Source: Klebsormidium nitens | Lineage: Eukaryota > Plantae > Klebsormidiophyceae | Direction: 5' to 3' | Assembly: GCA_000708835.1 (NCBI GenBank) | Contig: DF237405.1 | Coordinates: 11,718 to 75,717 of the forward strand | DNA length: 64,000 nt | In this document: positions 12,802 to 25,500 of the stretch, piece by piece | How positions within the stretch are numbered: position 1 is the first letter of the stretch | How the letters are laid out: each line of letters starts with the position of its first letter | Notes under the pieces: model-generated | Told to the model about the DNA's origin: nothing | Database searches by the model: none | The model's input: only the letters and a program-made list of their open reading frames with translations | Program-made: the position numbers and the translations under genes

Positions 12802-14261
12802 TGCGTTATTTGGTCAAGCGCGCCTGGCAGACATCCGTCTCCACCATTTATTGCAGCACCTGTCCATAAGCGCAGTGTAAGCGCCACAGCTCTAGGGAGG
12901 ACTTAGTCCTTCTGCTGGCGCTAACGCTGCCTAGTCTAGGACTCCACTGACGGTAGCCTAACGAGGGGAGCGGTTTGAAAGTACAGGTAAAACAGGTTCT
13001 GTACTTTCAGTGGTCAAGCATTGGTTGAGAACTCCAACAGACCATCTTGTAGACATGTACATACAGCTGGTAGAATCTTGGACAGGTGCGAGCGTCAGCA
13101 GTAGCAGGTGTACAGTATTCGCTAGATCTTGGCAGCGTTTCATTGGACAGCCAACAAAAGGCAATCAGATATGGTGAGCTTTAGCACTACTCATGTACGT
13201 GGCCTTTGAGGTGCCTACATGCATGGACATGATCGTGCCGGACCAGCTCTTGCAACGACCATGCGTTGTATGTAAGGAAACAACTTGGGTGGCGGCTGTG
13301 ATCCTTTGATTGACGCGCGGGCATTTGCGGAGCAGCTATGGAATTACTTTGATCAGCAATCTCAGCTCTTGAGTCAGCCAGCTCTTGGCGGTCAGTCGAT
13401 GAAGATTGTACATATATGCCATGCTGCAGCTACGGTCGACATGCATGCTGATATATACATATACGAGACGTTGCGCCCACAGTGCGATCCACCGGGCCAG
13501 GCTGGCCGTTTCCGAATTGCCGCCATGTCTCGATCAATTCAGCTCTTCGATTAAGTCATGCAATTACTGCAATTCATTAAACGAATCACTTAACACTCTT
13601 GTGCGCAGCTAATCTAAGTGACACATTACAAGTCTACAATTATAGATCGGCTATGGACAGTTGACCTGATTCGCGCCCATTATCATGCATGACCGCCAAT
13701 GATGCAGCGCAAGTATTGAGTCAATGGCCCTTAAAATTGTTTGTATACGGTGGGTAGTAAGCTCCGAATGTGACCCGAACTTCTAGCAAGTCATGCGTTG
13801 AGAACGTATATCTCTTGTGAGTTGATGATCAGCTCAAGATCTGTTGATGACCTCTGTAGATTACCGTATATATCCCCCAACGTTCGATCAGACAGTCTGG
13901 ATATTGACAAAAGGACCACATGCAGCGCTGTTCATGTCAGCACAAACGATTTTCTAAGTTGACTCCGGCTGTAACCGGCTATTGCTACCCCCACTGCATA
14001 TGGAAACTCGAAATAATTGCATTGATCAAGCCGTCATCCTCTACTGTAGTATTGGATGAGACATGTTGGTCCGAAAACAGTCAAGTCAGGCTTATGTACA
14101 GGAGATGTACAGCTTGCAACCTATGATAGTTAAAATCTTTGTGACAGTTGGCAACGATCGGCAACCGCCTAAGGGTCAGCGCTTGTTTGCGTGCGCGTGC
14201 TTCAGACCAGAACGTCCTGATGTCGGGGCAGGATTGACCTGTATGTCAGCGTCCTTTCCGG

Positions 14262-17200
14262 TCAGGTTTGTTGCTTCTTTGAAGTTGCATCTCGTTTGTC
14301 AGCCTCGTCTGGAAGCACCTTGTACGGGTTCAAGATGCCACGCGGATCCAGCAACCTCTTCAGACTCGCCATCAGCTCAATCTGCAAACACCAGGACCTG
14401 CGAGTCAGTCCTGTACATTTCAACAATCCCATTTTGGATTCAGGTCATACCAGGACTCCTGTTCATCTAAGGCGGCAGAGAGACACAAAAATGTTACTTC
14501 GTCAACCGCACGAACGGCGGGGTGCGCCACGATGCGAGCCCCATGCAACTAAAGGGTGTGCACACGTGGCCGAACCTCCCTCACCGCGCTGTCCGCCTTG
14601 CTGTAGCGCAGCGCGTGCGGCTTCATCTGGCCCAGCCCGTGCTCCGCACTGATGCTGCCGCGGTGCTGCGCGGTCCACTCGTACACCCACGGCTCCAGCC
14701 GCGCCCGCAGCGCGTCGCTGTACGCGGGCGCGGACACGTTGAGGTGCAGGTTGCCGTCGCCCAGGTGACCGTACCCAACCGCCACCCCCAGCGGCCCTGC
14801 AACAGCACGAGACACGACGCGGGCTTCAGCGGCACAGCAAGCCACCAAGAACACACCCCACGGTGCACCAGGAACAGCATCCAAGCTCCTTTGCCAGGCC
14901 CTTTGACAAAACTGGAAGGAGCATCGATTAACGTCCTGTGAATCTCAAAGCGGTCCAGAAAGCACTCCGAATCGTCGGAAAGTCCGTTGGTTCTCCCCCC
15001 CTCCTTGTCCGCTTCACCTGTGGACCAGCGCGCTCACCGATACGCTGCTGGGTGTCCTCCACGAGGCGGTACAGGTCCGTGACGGGCAGCGAGAAGTCGT
15101 ACTTGTAGACCACGCCGTTTTTGGCCAGCGACTCGGTGATGCCCTCGCGGATGGCCCACAGCCCCGCCGCCTGGCCCGCATCCTGCGCAATGGTGCCGTT
15201 CTGCACCACCTCCCCCGCAGAAGCAGCTTCCAGGAACGCGTCCCATTTGGCGCTGCACGGGCCAAGCGGAGAGCGACTTCAAAGACGTCTCGACGCAGGA
15301 AACGGCAGCCGTTGAGGTCCAGGAATTGAAGGAGATTCGTTGGGGGCGGTGACAGCATTTCCCCAAACGAGCGAGCAGCTTTATAAGAATAATAGAGCTT
15401 GCCGAGGATGCTTTTCTGTCAATGCATCCATTCCTGAAGTTCGACATACGTGGCAGGACGACTTCGGGCAATGAGCTTCATGGAATAATCGGACGGTCTA
15501 AGTCAAGATCGCCAGTCACAATGAGCGGACGGGGACTTCTGGCTTGGCTCTCGCATATTATGATATGCCCCAAGAAAACGAAGTCAGCTAGAGCAATTTT
15601 CCACCACTGTCTGTGCCAAATCAATGAATGGCATCAACTTGGGCCAGACCGCAAATGACGGCACGCAATTGCTCTGACCTGTCGTGCTCCTGGTTGCTGC
15701 CGGCGGTCTCGACCAGCAAGTAGAAGGGGTACGGCGGGGCGCCATCCTCCTCAGGGGGCAGGGGGTCGCGGATGGCGGAGTGGTGCTTGAGGACGAGGTC
15801 CAGGCAGGTGCGGTCGAAGAACTCGAATGCTGACAGGACTTCGCCCAGCTCCTGCTTGGCCAGCCGGAATGCTGTCTGCAAGACCACGCAGCAGGCAGAG
15901 CTGTCAGAGATTGATACTCCCTAATCACGCGAAATTGATTTATCTGACTCAATCAGGAGCTCAATCGGCATCTCAGACTTATCTGCACAAAATAGCAGAT
16001 TGTGACTGCCTGTCCGTGACAGTAGCCCCCCGAAAACCTCTGGTCGTACAGAACCACCGAAGAAAGGGGAGAAGTGCAAATAGAGCCGCTGCTTTCACTT
16101 GAGACTTTCGTCACGAAAACGAAGTCCAGTTTTGTCGTCCTAGTACAATTAGTGGAGCAAGCACGACTCACGAGCGCATCCTGGAAGCTGGCGCAGGCGA
16201 GCAGTGCCACATTGACAGCGCGTGCCTTGGGCGGGGTCAGAATGGCGGCCTGCGTGACCACGCCCAGCGTGCCCTCCCCCCCGACAAAGAGCTGCTTGAC
16301 ATCGTAGCCGGTGTTATCCTTGCGCAGGGTCTTGAGTGTGTCCACCACCGTGCCGTCCGCCAGCACCACCTCCAGCCCCAGCACGTTGCCGTGCAGGCTG
16401 CCGTAGCGCAGCAGCCGCAGCCCGCCCGCGTTCGTGCTGATGTTGCCCCCAATCTGGCAGCTGCCCTTGGCGCCCAGGTCCAGCGGGAACACAAACCTGG
16501 GGGGAGCAGGCGGGCATAAGTACCAAATCCAGCTCACAAGCCCTGCTGAAAACATTGGACTCGATCTTATCGAAGTTGTCATCAATAAACTCATTGGCCA
16601 TACTCAGTGGACAAATGCGAACCATGGAGTGACTTTGTTGCACGCGAAGACACCACTCGAGCACACAACGAAGCATCAACTCCTTGGCGCAGAACCACGA
16701 TCTATGGAGCTGACGCAACTCGGCTGGTCTAACTGGTGGCAGGCCTCACCCGCGTTCTGCCAGGTACGCGTCCACCTTCTCCAGGATGCAGCCCGCTTCA
16801 CAGACCAGGATGCCGCTGACTTCGTCGAAGGAGACGATGCGGTCCATGGCCCCCAAGTTCAAGATGACCTCATCGAACAGGGGCACGCTGCCCCCCACCA
16901 GCCCCGAGTTGCCCCCCTGGGGCACAACGGCCAGGCGCCGCTCATGGCAGTGCGCCAGGACGCGGGACACCTGGGAGGGGAGGAAAGAAGTAAGGCTGTC
17001 AGTGCTTGGGGAAAGGACCACCAGCTGAACTACAGGGACTCTCCGAAGAGGGCCGATCCTTTGCAGTATGTCTATGTCACAAGGGCAAGCACTGATGATT
17101 GCCTCTTGATACAAAGGGTGACCGTTTACCTGCTCAGTTGTACGTGGGCGCAGGAGCAGCTTGCTCTTGCCATGGTACTTGTTCATCCAGTCCGTGTTGG

Positions 17201-17711
17201 CCACCGCCAGGAGGTCGTCGTCCGTGACAACACCACCAAGGCCCAGCACCCCTTGAAAGAAGCGAACGTCATCTGAGGTCAACTGCGCAAAGGAGGGGTC
17301 CCTAGCTGGCACAGGGGCACTCGCAGAGTAGCTTCTCCATTGCTGGCTTTGCAAGGGTGGTGTCCAAGGAGAGACTGCCATTTGTGGCCATCGCCAGCTT
17401 TGTGATCCCGGCCACTGCCAGCTGGCATCCCTGCAATTCACCTCAGAGCAGGTCCCTGACGCTGCCCGTGCTGCATTCATCGAGCTGCGCAGCCTATCGC
17501 CACTGCCAGCTGAAGCAGAGGGCATGGAGGCGGCGAGCTCTACGAACTCGTGCCTGCATTGCGACTCAGCATTCGACCCATGGCCAGCTTCAACACGAAG
17601 AGGAGCTGCAGGCAAGGGCGTACACAACTCCAGCCTCTCCGCAAATGTGGCTAGCACGCCTGTCCATGAAGCTCGCATGCGGGCCAGGCTGCCCACCCGC
17701 AAGATCCCCAT
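14262..17711 (-). CDS. D2HGDH: D-2-hydroxyglutarate dehydrogenase (FAD-linked), mitochondrial presequence likely
   Basis: Exons give [82 protein letters not shown]-like [41 protein letters not shown] and a final exon [14 protein letters not shown]. Confidence 0.95.
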
Positions 17712-18837
17712 TGAGAAAGTCCTGCTAAGAGATTATTGAAGCTCCACCATCTTCAATCCCAGGTACAGAAGAGCTCTGAAGAGGGCCATATTCTGGCGTG
17801 GCGCAAATGTATATGGCCCTGATAAACTTATAGGTGCTGCCCCACGGGCCACTGCATTTGCATGGATTTTGAATGAGACTTGACTAGGCCGGCGATTCGC
17901 CATGATTCGTTGCGATCGTTCGGCCTCCTTTGCCGAATCAAAATCGTTATATTATCCACATGGCAGCCTTGCTCAAGCTTGGAGCTTGTTGAGCCATCCG
18001 ATAAACGCTTTTCTAATAGATCCGACGGCCAACGTGACTTTTAGCTTTTGACTCAAAACTCGGGCCATCCAGGTACCTACGGTATATGTATTCGGTACCT
18101 TTGTCAAGACTACGGTATGTAGGTACATTACCTAGGACTACAGGTCATTGCGTCACTGGTCACTTGTGAATCGTTGTTTCAACCTGAGAGTTCTGCAAGC
18201 TTTTCGGTCAATTGCGGAATGCTCTGATTTAGCTGTACACAGGTGGGGATGGTGGCTTAGCATACCTATCCGCCCCTACATCTGAGAAAAGGCCACGATT
18301 CACAATCACGCTTGAAGGATGGAATGCACCAACAAGTCTTGCCACGAAACCGCTGGTAAATATGACTTTTAGGGGATCGCAGACACATCATGCATAACTC
18401 AATATTCGAATTCGGAAATGCAGATCAATCACGATTCGCGACATCCTTTTTAAAGTACGCCGTAGCCAAACCACTTAGAGATACCCACTTTCTGATAGGT
18501 CGTGACTAACAACAGATGCCATGATGTCAGAAACCCAAGCAGTCTGGAACTACCACTCATGACAGATAGAGACGTATTGAGATCCAAAAAATCCACCCTC
18601 GTTCTAAGCACTTCAAAAACATACCCACACATTCCATGTGCCACATTGCATAAAAGCGTTCATGAACATTTACGACATCCGATGCCCAAACCTGCATTAA
18701 ACTCAGTGCATCCAAACAACCTCGATATGCATGTGTACACGCCTTTCGCATGAAAGACCAATCTCCTCCAACAACTGCACCAAGTGCGCATGAGTCCGGC
18801 CACACCGTTCCCGACCAACTTTTGTCCGTCAAGCCCC

Positions 18838-21817
18838 CTATTGCGACACGCCCAGCCACTTCTGGAAAACGTCGAACTCGGTGTAGTCGCTGTCGCTGAT
18901 CATGGTCTTGTAGTGCGCCTCGCCCGCCTTCTTCACCTCCTCCTTGCTCGCGCCAACCGTCCGCTTGGCCGCCAGCTTCTCCGCTCTGCCCTTGGCCTGC
19001 CGGGCCTGGATACGGAGAACCCCAGGGTTCAGGAACACATGGGTTGATTAGACGGCTTGGGATAAGTAAGGAGGCAATCAGTCCAGCAACTTGCTAATCT
19101 GGTGGCTTTGTCAGGTGGGCAAGTTGAAGCGCTAGCATCTGCCCGTTTTGGTACAGCTGCTACGCAAAATATCAAGCACTTGCTGACTGTATCCATCAGA
19201 CGTTTTCCACAATCGACTTAAACTCGCAATTGTTGAGCAGACTCCACAGGGACAACGAGAGAATTCCCCACCGCCATCAGGATGAAAAAGGAACTTAGGA
19301 GGCCCCTATGCAGCCCTGACATGCAGAATACAACCGTGGGTCCATGCTCCTCACCGACGCCAGCAGTTCCAGCCTGCGAGCGGACTTGGCGAAGGGGTTG
19401 AGCTTGAGGAGGGCTCCCAGGTTCTTGAGGGGGTTCTTCTTGAGGGGCCGCCTCTTGAGCTCCTTCTTGGGGGCCTTGACCTGGAGCAGGAGTGCCTTGA
19501 CAGGTCAGAGAGGATAGAACGGGGCGGCTTCAGTGGCAACCGGACTGGCCGTTGCCTGTGCATACACCGTATAAACGAAGTGATGACCATCGAATTGCCG
19601 GGTGGCAAGAGTATTGGTGTCAGCGGAGACTGGTTGTGGGAGGGACGGAAGCGTTGCGGGGCTTACGATGCTCTGGATCTCATCGCTGTTGATGATGCGG
19701 GTGAGGTCGGAGTTGGCCATGATGGAGCGCGGCAGCTTGTAGCCCTTCTTGGCGGTGGACGGCTTGTCGTGGGTGCCGTAGATGCTGTCCAGCTTATCGA
19801 AGGCGCTCTGGGTCCACACGATGAAGCGCCCCAGGTGACCTCCGGGCGCCAGCTGCAGCAGGTTCAGCCTGCACAGGACGGGGGCTGCGTCCGGCAACTA
19901 ATGCAGCGTGCGGAATACCAGGGATGCTGGTTGCGAAATCAAAGTACAACAATCAAACATCCAAGCTGCCCGTGCTCGGGCTGTGCCGAGCAAAAGGTAT
20001 CCTGATTCACTGTCAACTTTGGCCAACCCATGTTGTATCTTGTGGGGCGACCGTAAGACTAAAATATGTTTGCCTTCCACCTTGATCTAGACCTGCCGGA
20101 TCGAAAGCAACATACGTGGACATGCGGTGCCTGCACTTCATGTAACCGTCTGAGTTCACCTTGCTGAATTTGTCGCTAGTTTGCGAAACCTGTGCTTGAC
20201 GGAGAGCATCTTCGCATGAATGCTAAACTTACTGAAACTGTGCTTCAGCTGCTTCGATCAAAGGCTATACAGCAGACAGCCCGCACGACCCCGCGTCAAC
20301 CACACTCTCAGACAGACGTGTTCGAAATCATCCCTGCTTCTAATCCATGATGAGAACTTGTCAAATCAAAAGTGGTTCAATGCATTGAACCGCCGTTCTT
20401 AGAGGCAGGATATCACACTGCACCTCAACTTATAACCCTTGCTCCACTTCTCTCGAAAACCCATCGCAACCGTCCCCCATGCTTGCAGTTGAAAGGCTGC
20501 ACTTTCAACCTGACTGTCAGAGGGATGCAGGCAACGAGGCTTGAGGGCAGACAGAGTAGACGTTTGTCCCACCTGTCCACAGACGCCACCTCCACCCCCG
20601 GGATGTTCCTGAAGGACTTGGCAATCTTGGCCCCCTCCGTGCCATAGACCACCAGCGGCCCCTTCCTGGACACATAGCGCCGGTTGCGCATCTTGCCCTT
20701 GCCCGAGCGCAGGTTCCTGCTGTCCTTGGCCTTGAGCACATCCTCGTACGCGCCGATCTTCCTCAGGATCTGCACAGCAGATACAGGCCTGCCTAAGGCA
20801 CACAACTCGGAACAAGAACCTTGAGAGTCCCTGTCCTACCCATCGATATGTCATACCTGGTAATGGTTCAGATTGATGCGGCTCACAGATGCTGGTACAG
20901 CAATTAGTGAAGTTGCACTGTTTGAGGAATTGCTGCCTATGCTAAACAAGGCTGTATTTGAATCTCCGCTAGAGCATACATGATGCAAATACCAAATACC
21001 TGTCTCTGTCCCAGCCGTGTCCCGGCAACAGATACCTGGCCCCAACAAGCTGGACACATGCCGGTCATTTGCGACCAGTCAAACCATTACCGCATCAGCA
21101 TTGAGAAGCACCCAAAATCTTAGAGAATCACAAGCCGCCCAAAGGTGCACATCAAGAAGTAAAAGCACATTTGGTAATGGTTAATCAACCACAGCAACCT
21201 ACGTAAGTACCGTACTTTACTTCCGGCCAGATGGGATAAGGTAAAATGCATAAGCCAATAAATTATCTTGGTGCAACCTTTACCAAAACTTGCTCCCCGC
21301 GGCTCACCTTGACAGCGTCCTTGGTCCTCTCGAGGCCCTCCACCTCATCATGCAGGACCAGCGGGACCTCCGCCACCTTCTCAATCTGGTGACCGCGGGC
21401 AAGGACCAGGGCAGGCACTGCGGACGCGGCCAGAGCGGAGGCAATTGCATACCTCTTCTGGTTCACATTCACCTTCCTGTGCCATCTCCTCCAGGTCTTG
21501 TTGGGCGCAAACATGCGACCCCCTCGGCACATGTTGCCAAACGCTCCCTGTCCCGCCCGGTGTGTCCCGCCACCAGGAACACGAGGGATACGGGACACGG
21601 CCCGACCCGTCCCCCATGACTCTGCTGACGTCTGGTGCCCAGCCTTCACGCTGACAGCATACGCCTGCCTCTTGTTCTTGTTCAGGCTGGTGTGCACAAA
21701 TTGCACAATATCGGGACGGATGGGGGCAGTGAACACGGAGGGGAGGTGGGTCTGGCTCTCATCCTTGCTGTCCCCTCCCCGCTGCACGGTCACGAGGGGT
21801 CTCGCAGCGGCCGCCAT
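18838..21817 (-). CDS. RPL4: 60S ribosomal protein L4 (uL4)
   Basis: [53 protein letters not shown]; KMRNRRY; [15 protein letters not shown]; LKLNPFA; C-terminus [13 protein letters not shown]. Five exons with GT-AG introns. Confidence 0.98.
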
Positions 21818-21853
21818 CGTGATCGTGCCGTCTCACCTGCCCTGCAGCAGAGA

Positions 21854-21863
21854 GAAAGAGGAC
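21854..21863 (-). promoter_or_regulatory. Pyrimidine-rich GTCCTCTTTC element upstream of the RPL4 ATG (TCT/5'TOP-like)
   Basis: The identical 10-mer occurs in sense orientation upstream of RPS4 (35656-35665). Here it could alternatively be part of a 5'UTR-intron polypyrimidine tract. Confidence 0.4.
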
Positions 21864-22598
21864 CAGAAAGCCACGCAGGCTTGGGCTTTCAATCTGCTCA
21901 GTCAAAATTCCAACTCTATCGGGGGGCTAGAATCGTCCGTAAATTCGAGGGGGCTATGTAAGATCTTCGCCAGTGTGCGCGCGCGGTTTTACTAATATTA
22001 ACAAGTGCTTGGACGTCAAAGACCGGACGCAAAACGGCCCCTCGGAAAATTCAAAATCTGTGCAAGAAGCCAGCTAGCTTGAGCAGACGCACTGGTCTAC
22101 AACAAGGGAGCAAGGGCGCTATGGGTCCTTTCTAATAGTAGAGGAGAGGCTGGAAAGCTGTCCTGCATCTGCACTCTGCTTCTGGTGTAACAAAGCTGCG
22201 TGAACTGAATCCAAGGTAGGTGGTCACATTCCAAAACAGGTGAAAAGGCCACCTGACCTGGGAGGAGCCTAAATGGGCCGGACGAAAGAGCAGGACTTCA
22301 ATATTCAAGGCAAGCACTTCCAACCCTATCCGTAGCTACAGTTTGGAAAGGGCGACTCTAATGGATGTGTTACCCGTTGGTAAAATGCTGGAGAACATCT
22401 CACTGGTTGGGACACACCATTTGGCCTTTCTGCACAAGGTGCCCCTGTTGAAAGCTGCGTGGGGTGCAAGATGCTCCAACCATGTCGGTTGTCCTCCAAT
22501 CACGGCATCAAATGAAGGCAGGAGGAGTGGCACTCAAAAAGCTCCCTTACAATGTGGAGTATATGAACCGCTGTACTTGTTGCAGGCGGCCCAGCTGA

Positions 22599-25500
22599 AT
22601 GAGCGACTTAGCCACAGCAATGGACCCCGATCAGGTGTACCTCTTCAGGATTAGTGTGGACGTCAGGAACTTCCGAGCTCTTAGAAGGTTGCCCCTGCCT
22701 GTGGCTGCCATCTATGTCAAGGTCCTCTTCCCAAGGGAGATTGTGCAACTGGCAGCAGAGGGCACAGCCAAGCAGCCAGGTACGAGAGCAAGCCCGTGCA
22801 TCCCCCAGGTGCATTGGTCAAATAGAGAATTCTCGCAAATTTCCTTCACATTTGCTTCGCTTGCAGGGCGCTTTTTTGGCAATACCTCAAAGCAGAAAAT
22901 TATGGTCCCAGTTAATGGTGACATGTGTCGCCTTCTTTGTGCAGGCGCCAGCGTCGCTGCCCTCACAGCTCCACTCCGGACGCACCCCCCTCAGGAGGTG
23001 GCGCGGCAGACAGAGGTGGCCCTGACGAATGGCTTTGTTGCCCTGGAGCTGCCTGCCACTATCCTGGCCATGGCAACAGCACTGGCCAGGGGGGCAAAGC
23101 TGGTGGCGGAGGTGAGACCCGCATGCCACACAGCCACCTCGCCATGGAGGAGACGCCACCAGGGTGGCTTGAAGAGCAAGTCAGGCAGTGCATGGTGCAC
23201 CCTGCTACAACACTAACGGCAAGCTGGGAGGGTCTACAGCTGCGGAACTTATAACAGCCCAACTTGCAGGCCTGCACCTCCAAGCCACGGTCTTCTGATT
23301 CTTCTTCCTTAAGGGTTAACATAGGACGACGTTTGCCATTTCCTTATGAGAATCTCAGGCTACTGCGATCAAGCCAGATCAATAGAGCTGATGTCAGAAG
23401 GCCACTTTGCCACACTCCGTTCAACCCTTCCTCGCGGTCAGCCCCCCACCTTCACCCTGCATCAGGTATACCACCGCGACCGCTACACTGCGGACCGTCT
23501 CCTGGGGCGTGGCACCGTCCCCCTGGCTGCGCTGCTGGAGGAGCCGTGGCTGGACGGCTACGTCCCCATGCTGGCCAGCAAGGCCGTGCGCACGCAGCGC
23601 GGGACCCCGCCCGCCATGGAGCGCGTCGCAGTGGGCAGCCTGCGCCTCGTGCTGCTCATTGAGGAGCTGGGGCCAGCAGTGGGGCCGGCCCGTGTCAAGC
23701 GGCGCTCGGAGGCGGCCATTCGGCCCGAGGTGCCGCCGTCGGCAGCAGAGGACCTGCCGTGGCCCGAGGCGGAAGGTGGGGTGGAGTTACCAGAGTATGC
23801 GGGCAGTGTGTATGCGTCAGATGCAGAGGAGAAGCAGGAGGGGGGAAGCGCAGCATGGGCGAGCACGCCAGGCAGCCGGCCAGCGGCGCTGGCAAGGGAC
23901 CAGGATGCGAACGGGGAGGGTCGGGAAGAAGTCGAACGGAGGGTGCTTACTGATGAGGTTTTTGGTGAAGCGGCGGAGTTACGCAAGGAGGTACAAGGGG
24001 GCAGTGGCCTTGAGCCAGAAGCCAAGGTAGTGGCCGAAGCAAGTGGGCTCAACGGGATCGAAAGAACAGAGGGGGACCCGGATACGCTGGAGCAAAGGGC
24101 GCAGCGACCAGTTTCCCGCTCGGCAACCCCAACGGAGGTCAGGATTCAGGACAGAAGGATAGGGGAGAGCGGAAGGGCAGAGTCTGATGGGGTCGAAGCG
24201 GCTGCAACAGGCAGCAGGGCAGACGGTGAGGGGCAAGACGCTGTGCTAAATGGGGGGAACCATGGAGCGGGGACGCCGGCAGGCATCCGGGAAGGGGCAG
24301 AGTATGAGGCAGCGTGGGCACTGGAGATGTGGAAGAGGAGCGAGGTAAGTGGCGCAAGCAGGGCCAGTGGCAACCGACACGTATGCCAGCAGGCTGATCA
24401 GAAGTCACAGACCCAAGGACACGTTCTACTAAGCACGCTGCACATGCTGGAACCTGTTCAATATTCCGGTCAAAATTCGAGATGATGTTTAGACCCTCGA
24501 ATACGATTGCTGCATGGAGCTTGGATTTGGAAGGCGTGCTGTTTTGGCTTCTGCAAGTTGTTTTTCATCTCTTAGGGCCTCACAATGTTTGCTATGCTAC
24601 AGAGGCGTTTCAGAGCCCACCCCAGCTTCTCCAAGCTGTGGTGGTTGGACATTGACACTGGTGTGCTTTGAAGCAGACTCTCCGATGTGACGCCACCACC
24701 GTGTGCAGGAGTCAAAATTCATGGCCGAGCTTAAGGAGCGGGAGGCGGCGAGGATGGCAGCTCTAGAAGAGGAGTGGAAGAAGCGGGAAAAGGAAAGGGT
24801 GAGCCTGCTCTTCCAGTTTACCTTGAGGCTTTTTTTCATGGGCTGGTGCTCAGCTGAAAATCTTCTTCTAACAAAGGATCACCGAATCGAGTGTCTGTCT
24901 AGGTTGAACCGGTGATTCTAAGTATACAAGGTAGAAGGCTGGCTGCCTCTATCATGTGTAACGATTCATGAATGCTTGGCAGCCTGCTCGACGTCATCAG
25001 CTTTAGCCCCGCAGCCGGGATCCGCATGCATCAAGAAATGCCCATCACCCTGCTGAGGCCCTTGAACCTGCTGATATGCAATACGGAACGATTTTGAACT
25101 TCAATTCCGAGGACAATCTATGGCAATGCTCTCTGATTGCAGTCGCTTGTTGCAGTGCATTGAAGTTTGCTTGTAGCTGTAGTGGTCAGTGCGCTTGCTG
25201 GCGTGCAGGTGGCGGAGGTGGCGGCGGTGCGCGCGGAGCACGCTGTGCTGGGGGCCAAGCTGGAGGAGCAGCTGGCCAGCCTGGCGGGGCGCGAGAAGAA
25301 GCTGCTGGCCGCCGAGGAGGCCGCGTCCACCAGGAGGGAGGCCCTCGAACGGGACCACGCGCACAGGACCGCCGATGCCAAGGTGGGCCACGTGGCAGGA
25401 ATGGTCGAGGAAAGGACGATGGACGCGCGACCCCGAGAGTGGGAGCTTGGAACATGCGACTTCCGCGTGCGTGATGATTGTAAAGAAGGGGGCTCGTTGT

